41,818 bases of DNA from Candidatus Omnitrophota bacterium. Lineage in GTDB: Bacteria > Omnitrophota > Gorgyraeia > Velamenicoccales > Velamenicoccaceae. The DNA is taken from positions 1-41,818 of the forward strand of contig JAQUOM010000001.1 in the NCBI GenBank assembly GCA_028717105.1, given 5' to 3'. Under the pieces are notes generated by a model, which was given only the letters and a program-made list of their open reading frames with translations, ran no database searches and was not told where the DNA came from. Made by a program: the position numbers and the translations under genes. Below, piece after piece: positions 38,482 to 41,818 of the stretch; position 1 is the first letter of the stretch; each line of letters begins with the position of its first letter.

Positions 38482-39402
38482 TCACCTTTTCCCAAGAAGG
38501 CAGGCGTGCCGCCTTTTCATGGATGCCACGCCCAGGGCCCCCAGGATCTGCCGGACGCATTCGTCTTCGCTTTGGTGTTCGGTATCGACGGCAATATCCG
38601 CATCCGGGGGTTCCTCGAACGGCGCAGAGACCCCCGTGAAATCGGTGATCTCGCCCTTCCGCGCTCTTTTATACATGCCTTTCACGTCCCTGGCCTCGCA
38701 GGCCTGCAGGCCGCATTTGACATAGACCAGTTTGAAATTTCCGATGATCTTTTTGACCAGCGCGCGATATTCATTCATGGGGGACAAGAAGCTCGCGATG
38801 ACAAAATTGCCGTTATCGTTGAAGAGCTTGGCGACGTGCGCGATGCGGCGCAGGTTCTCCTTCCTGTCTTCGGGAGAAAATCCCAAATCGGCATTAAGGG
38901 CATGACGCACGTCATCGGCATCAAGGTGAACGGTCTTAAAACCGCGGTTATCCAGCTCCAATTTCAGCTTCTTGGACAATGTCGTCTTGCCGGAACAGGG
39001 CAAGCCGGTCAACCAAAGCGTCGTTCGCAAGAGCTTAATGTATTCGGCGACTTCCGGCGGGACGTTGTCATCTTTGCCCGCCCGGACGTTCGTCCCGGAA
39101 ATATTCCCGATTTCCGAAGGGGGCTCGACAAAATTGACGTCATAGCCCACGTTTCTGCCGATATTGATGCTCTTGATGTCCGGGATGACGACGACATCCA
39201 CCTTGTCGGCATAGACCCTCTTGATCATCTCCGCCCTCTGCTCGGCGGTATAAGGATTTTGGGGAGATATCTCCGTGTCCCGGATGGCCACACAAACGTG
39301 TTCGCCCTTGGCCACGGCCTCATCGATCAAAAACTTGTGCCCCTTGTGAAAAGGCTGCCATCTGCCGATAAACAAAGCATATCTTTTATGTCCGTTGTAC
39401 AT
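38482..39402 (-). CDS. cysC: Adenylyl-sulfate kinase fused to an N-terminal HxGH nucleotidyltransferase domain
   Basis: N-terminal GRWQPFHKGH and ISGTNVR. C-terminal WLTGLPCSGKTT, LGFS.EDR.ENLRR, RDVKGMY, FTGVSAPFEEP. SD GGAGG. Confidence 0.9.
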   Translation of the reverse strand: MYNGHKRYALFIGRWQPFHKGHKFLIDEAVAKGEHVCVAIRDTEISPQNPYTAEQRAEMIKRVYADKVDVVVIPDIKSINIGRNVGYDVNFVEPPSEIGNISGTNVRAGKDDNVPPEVAEYIKLLRTTLWLTGLPCSGKTTLSKKLKLELDNRGFKTVHLDADDVRHALNADLGFSPEDRKENLRRIAHVAKLFNDNGNFVIASFLSPMNEYRALVKKIIGNFKLVYVKCGLQACEARDVKGMYKRARKGEITDFTGVSAPFEEPPDADIAVDTEHQSEDECVRQILGALGVASMKRRHACLLGKR

Positions 39403-39511
39403 GACCCGACCTCCCCGGATGCGCGAAGAAATATCTCAACGACGCTTTCTCATTATTATATACGACATTCGCAATCTCATGATCCAAATTTTAAGGAATT
39501 CTGCCGCGGGA

Positions 39512-40390
39512 TTAAAGACGCCTTGCGATCACCCCTGCGGCGCACGCCAACCCGCCTGCGGCCCGGACAAACTGAGAAACCGGCACTTCGGCCTCAACCG
39601 TCAGGCCGGCTTGTTCATACATCCTGCGGGTCGCAGGACAGCCCGCCGGCATGATGATCCGGCGCGGGGCCGTTACCACCACATTCAGGGCCTGCCGCAG
39701 GGCGACTTCCCTCGTCTCGCGAACAGGGATAACATCGACCTTGTTCTTCTTCAAAAGACGGAGGATCTCCCCGTCCACTAAAGCCTCCCTGACAAACGCC
39801 AGATCCGGCGCCACACGCTGGACAGCGCCCAAAAGATGCCGCGTCCTTTTCGGCGCGGGAACATGCACGCCATCAACGCGCTGGCGCGCCAAAACCTCTT
39901 TGACCTGGCGGAATCCTTCCCGGTTCGTCCTTCTGCCGACCCCGATCACTACCAGCCGGTCGTTAACCCACAGCGCATCAGCGCCCTCAAATGTCCCGCC
40001 CCCTGCCACGCTATAAAGGACCGGAACGCCAAGCGCCCGTAACGCCCCGGCGGCATAGATCACTTCGTCCCGCCTGACGCGCAAAGACATCCGCGAAAGA
40101 ATGCATCCGCGCGGCGTCATAAAAAAAAGATCCCTCGTAAACATGATATTGAACAAGGCAAGACGTTCCCCTGCCTGCCCGGGCCGGACACGGATAAAAA
40201 AGGTTTTGATCCCCAGTCGTCGATATGTTTTTACGAGCCTGCCGTATTCCCGCTTCAGGGTCGCCTCGTGAAGCGCCTTGAGATGAAGGACCCGGCGCGG
40301 ATGAACGGCGCCCGCCGCGCACGAGCGAGGCTTCGCCAGAAGCACGGCCTTTAACATCCCGTATTCCGAATCAGCGCCGAACGGCAGCAT
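39512..40390 (-). CDS. Amidinotransferase / arginine deiminase / DDAH (pentein) family protein
   Basis: SEYGML, FTRD, FEGAD, RTN, HL, GGLAC (catalytic Cys position). ATG 40390 overlaps the upstream TAA. Confidence 0.85.
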   Translation of the reverse strand: MLPFGADSEYGMLKAVLLAKPRSCAAGAVHPRRVLHLKALHEATLKREYGRLVKTYRRLGIKTFFIRVRPGQAGERLALFNIMFTRDLFFMTPRGCILSRMSLRVRRDEVIYAAGALRALGVPVLYSVAGGGTFEGADALWVNDRLVVIGVGRRTNREGFRQVKEVLARQRVDGVHVPAPKRTRHLLGAVQRVAPDLAFVREALVDGEILRLLKKNKVDVIPVRETREVALRQALNVVVTAPRRIIMPAGCPATRRMYEQAGLTVEAEVPVSQFVRAAGGLACAAGVIARRL

Positions 40391-41793
40391 TATAACCACT
40401 CCTCTTTATGTCGAATGTCATAACCCAGGGCGCCGCTGATCTCGGCGACATCGGGAAGGCCGCACAAGGGTTGGATCATCTCCCGGCGTTTTTTCCAGCG
40501 GTAATGCTCCGGCGGTCGCGTCGCCTGGACCACGGGAAGTTTATCTAACTTCAGGTCTCCGGCGGACGCGGCGCCAAACCCCAAAAAGTCCAACAAGGCC
40601 TTTAATGCGCGTGAACGTGTCCTCGCGTCCCTGGTCACATCTTCGTGCCTGACGCGCAAAAAATCAGCGCCCGATGCGCGGACATATTCCAATATGGCCC
40701 TGTTCGACGCCAGCCATTGGAACGCACAAACTTCTTGAAGAGAATCCCGGACATGGTCCTGCCACCCGGGCGGCAGATCGTATTTCCACCACCACCGGCC
40801 CCAGGCAAAACGGTCGGAATAACCGGTGATCTCAAGCCCCCGCGGGATCACTGAACGCACCGTCGCGTCCGCCGCGCGGAGGTTGCGGGAAAAAAATCCA
40901 TGGTGCCGCCATCCGTCGTAGAGGCCGTTGACGGAAGCGGCGGGGTTTCTCGTCAAATGGATGATCTTGATGTCCGCATTCGGAAACATCACGGACATAA
41001 AAGGCATGCGATAAGAATCCGTCGACGTTTTCAACAACAGCGTCCGCTCCCTCAAGTCGGCGGCATTTGTTTTTTTCCGCGGTGCAAGGAGAATGAACGG
41101 CGGCTCTTCGATCATCCCGGTCTTATGAGGCGGGCCTGCGGGGATTTTTAACCCCGGAAACCTTTTTTTTATCAGGGCGGCGGGGAGATCGTAATAAGCA
41201 GGGTGAACGCCCCGGTATTTGCCGGCGAGGACACCCAAAAGATCCAGATAGAATTCTTCAACGACAAAAGACCGCCGCCTGCGGGAAAACCCCAGGGCCC
41301 TGAGAATGTCCGTGCGCAACGCCTCGGGACGAAAGCCGGCCTGCGGCCACTGCAAAATAAGACGCAGGCACAGATCGTCGACGTATTGTTCAAAGACCTG
41401 TTCGTCGTTCCAGATGTCGCGCGGAGACGCCGCCGTGGAAAGATCGCTCAACAGGTCATCCGACAACCCCCCCGGGCACTGCCCGGGACGCAGGAACGCC
41501 GGCGGTATCTCATCAGAGGCGTTCGTGTCGGCCGACAAACCGTTGAGCTTGTAGAACGGCGTGATCTCTCCGCTCGGGGCATAACAGCAGGGGTGTCTGC
41601 GCAAAATCGAAAACAATAAGCTGGAACCGCTCCGGGGGCCGGCCAGGATGACGGCGACCTTCCGGACACGGGCCAGAGACGACGCCCCGCCCGGCAGGCG
41701 CCGGTTGTTCTTTCGGATGCGATCGAAAACAGCCCGCCTGAAATCGCGGACCCTTCGGATCTGATCGGTTTGCCGTTCGGCCAAGGTCACCAT
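40390..41793 (-). CDS. PAPS-dependent sulfotransferase family protein
   Basis: 5'-PSB motif AGPRSGSSLL, LLKT, 3'-PB motif IIHLTRNPAAS, VRHED. Confidence 0.8.
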   Translation of the reverse strand: MVTLAERQTDQIRRVRDFRRAVFDRIRKNNRRLPGGASSLARVRKVAVILAGPRSGSSLLFSILRRHPCCYAPSGEITPFYKLNGLSADTNASDEIPPAFLRPGQCPGGLSDDLLSDLSTAASPRDIWNDEQVFEQYVDDLCLRLILQWPQAGFRPEALRTDILRALGFSRRRRSFVVEEFYLDLLGVLAGKYRGVHPAYYDLPAALIKKRFPGLKIPAGPPHKTGMIEEPPFILLAPRKKTNAADLRERTLLLKTSTDSYRMPFMSVMFPNADIKIIHLTRNPAASVNGLYDGWRHHGFFSRNLRAADATVRSVIPRGLEITGYSDRFAWGRWWWKYDLPPGWQDHVRDSLQEVCAFQWLASNRAILEYVRASGADFLRVRHEDVTRDARTRSRALKALLDFLGFGAASAGDLKLDKLPVVQATRPPEHYRWKKRREMIQPLCGLPDVAEISGALGYDIRHKEEWL

Positions 41794-41818
41794 CGTGGCA
41801 TCGCCCGTCGGACCCTGA

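Noticed and set aside
39446-39483. Internal promoter before the cysC fusion (TATAAT at 39455-39460)
   Set aside because: No properly spaced -35 box or extended -10 was found.
38350-39654. 434-aa plus-strand ORF, and other long plus-strand ORFs such as 33742-34803, 16293-17291, 36400-37386 and 1681-2613
   Set aside because: These are antisense shadows of motif-rich minus-strand genes in GC-rich DNA, with no recognisable domains.
1-41818. tRNA, rRNA, CRISPR array, transposase or integrase
   Set aside because: None recognised. Intergenic gaps are short and show no periodic repeats or cloverleaf motifs.

Overview
GC-rich bacterial window, almost entirely minus-strand and densely coding, with many overlapping stop/start codons. 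The protein families suggest an anaerobic candidate-phylum organism, possibly Omnitrophota; that is inference only. In transcription order (high to low coordinates): (1) A tailoring cassette with a sulfotransferase, an amidinotransferase, a nucleotidyltransferase-APS kinase fusion, two methyltransferases and two B12-dependent radical SAM enzymes. (2) A housekeeping islet with an orphan 2-oxoacid oxidoreductase gamma subunit, gltX, a small lipoprotein and a GGDEF protein. (3) An envelope-modification locus with five alkaline-phosphatase-superfamily proteins, an MBOAT, an ACP, a U32 protein, a prolyl-ACP dehydrogenase-like enzyme, a proline-type adenylation enzyme, a 57-aa DltX-like peptide missing from the ORF track, and an atypical SGNH/TPR protein. 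(4) A Wzm/Wzt-dependent polysaccharide locus rich in radical SAM enzymes, including a B12-rSAM/GT2/rSAM fusion. The best candidate for an undescribed system is in block 3: a DltXABCD-like acyl-transfer relay coupled to the pyrrole-2-carboxyl-ACP pathway, which may acylate a surface polymer with a proline-derived pyrrolyl or pyrrolinyl group. No rRNA, tRNA, CRISPR array or mobile element was recognised. Several start codons were re-picked by eye and are approximate.
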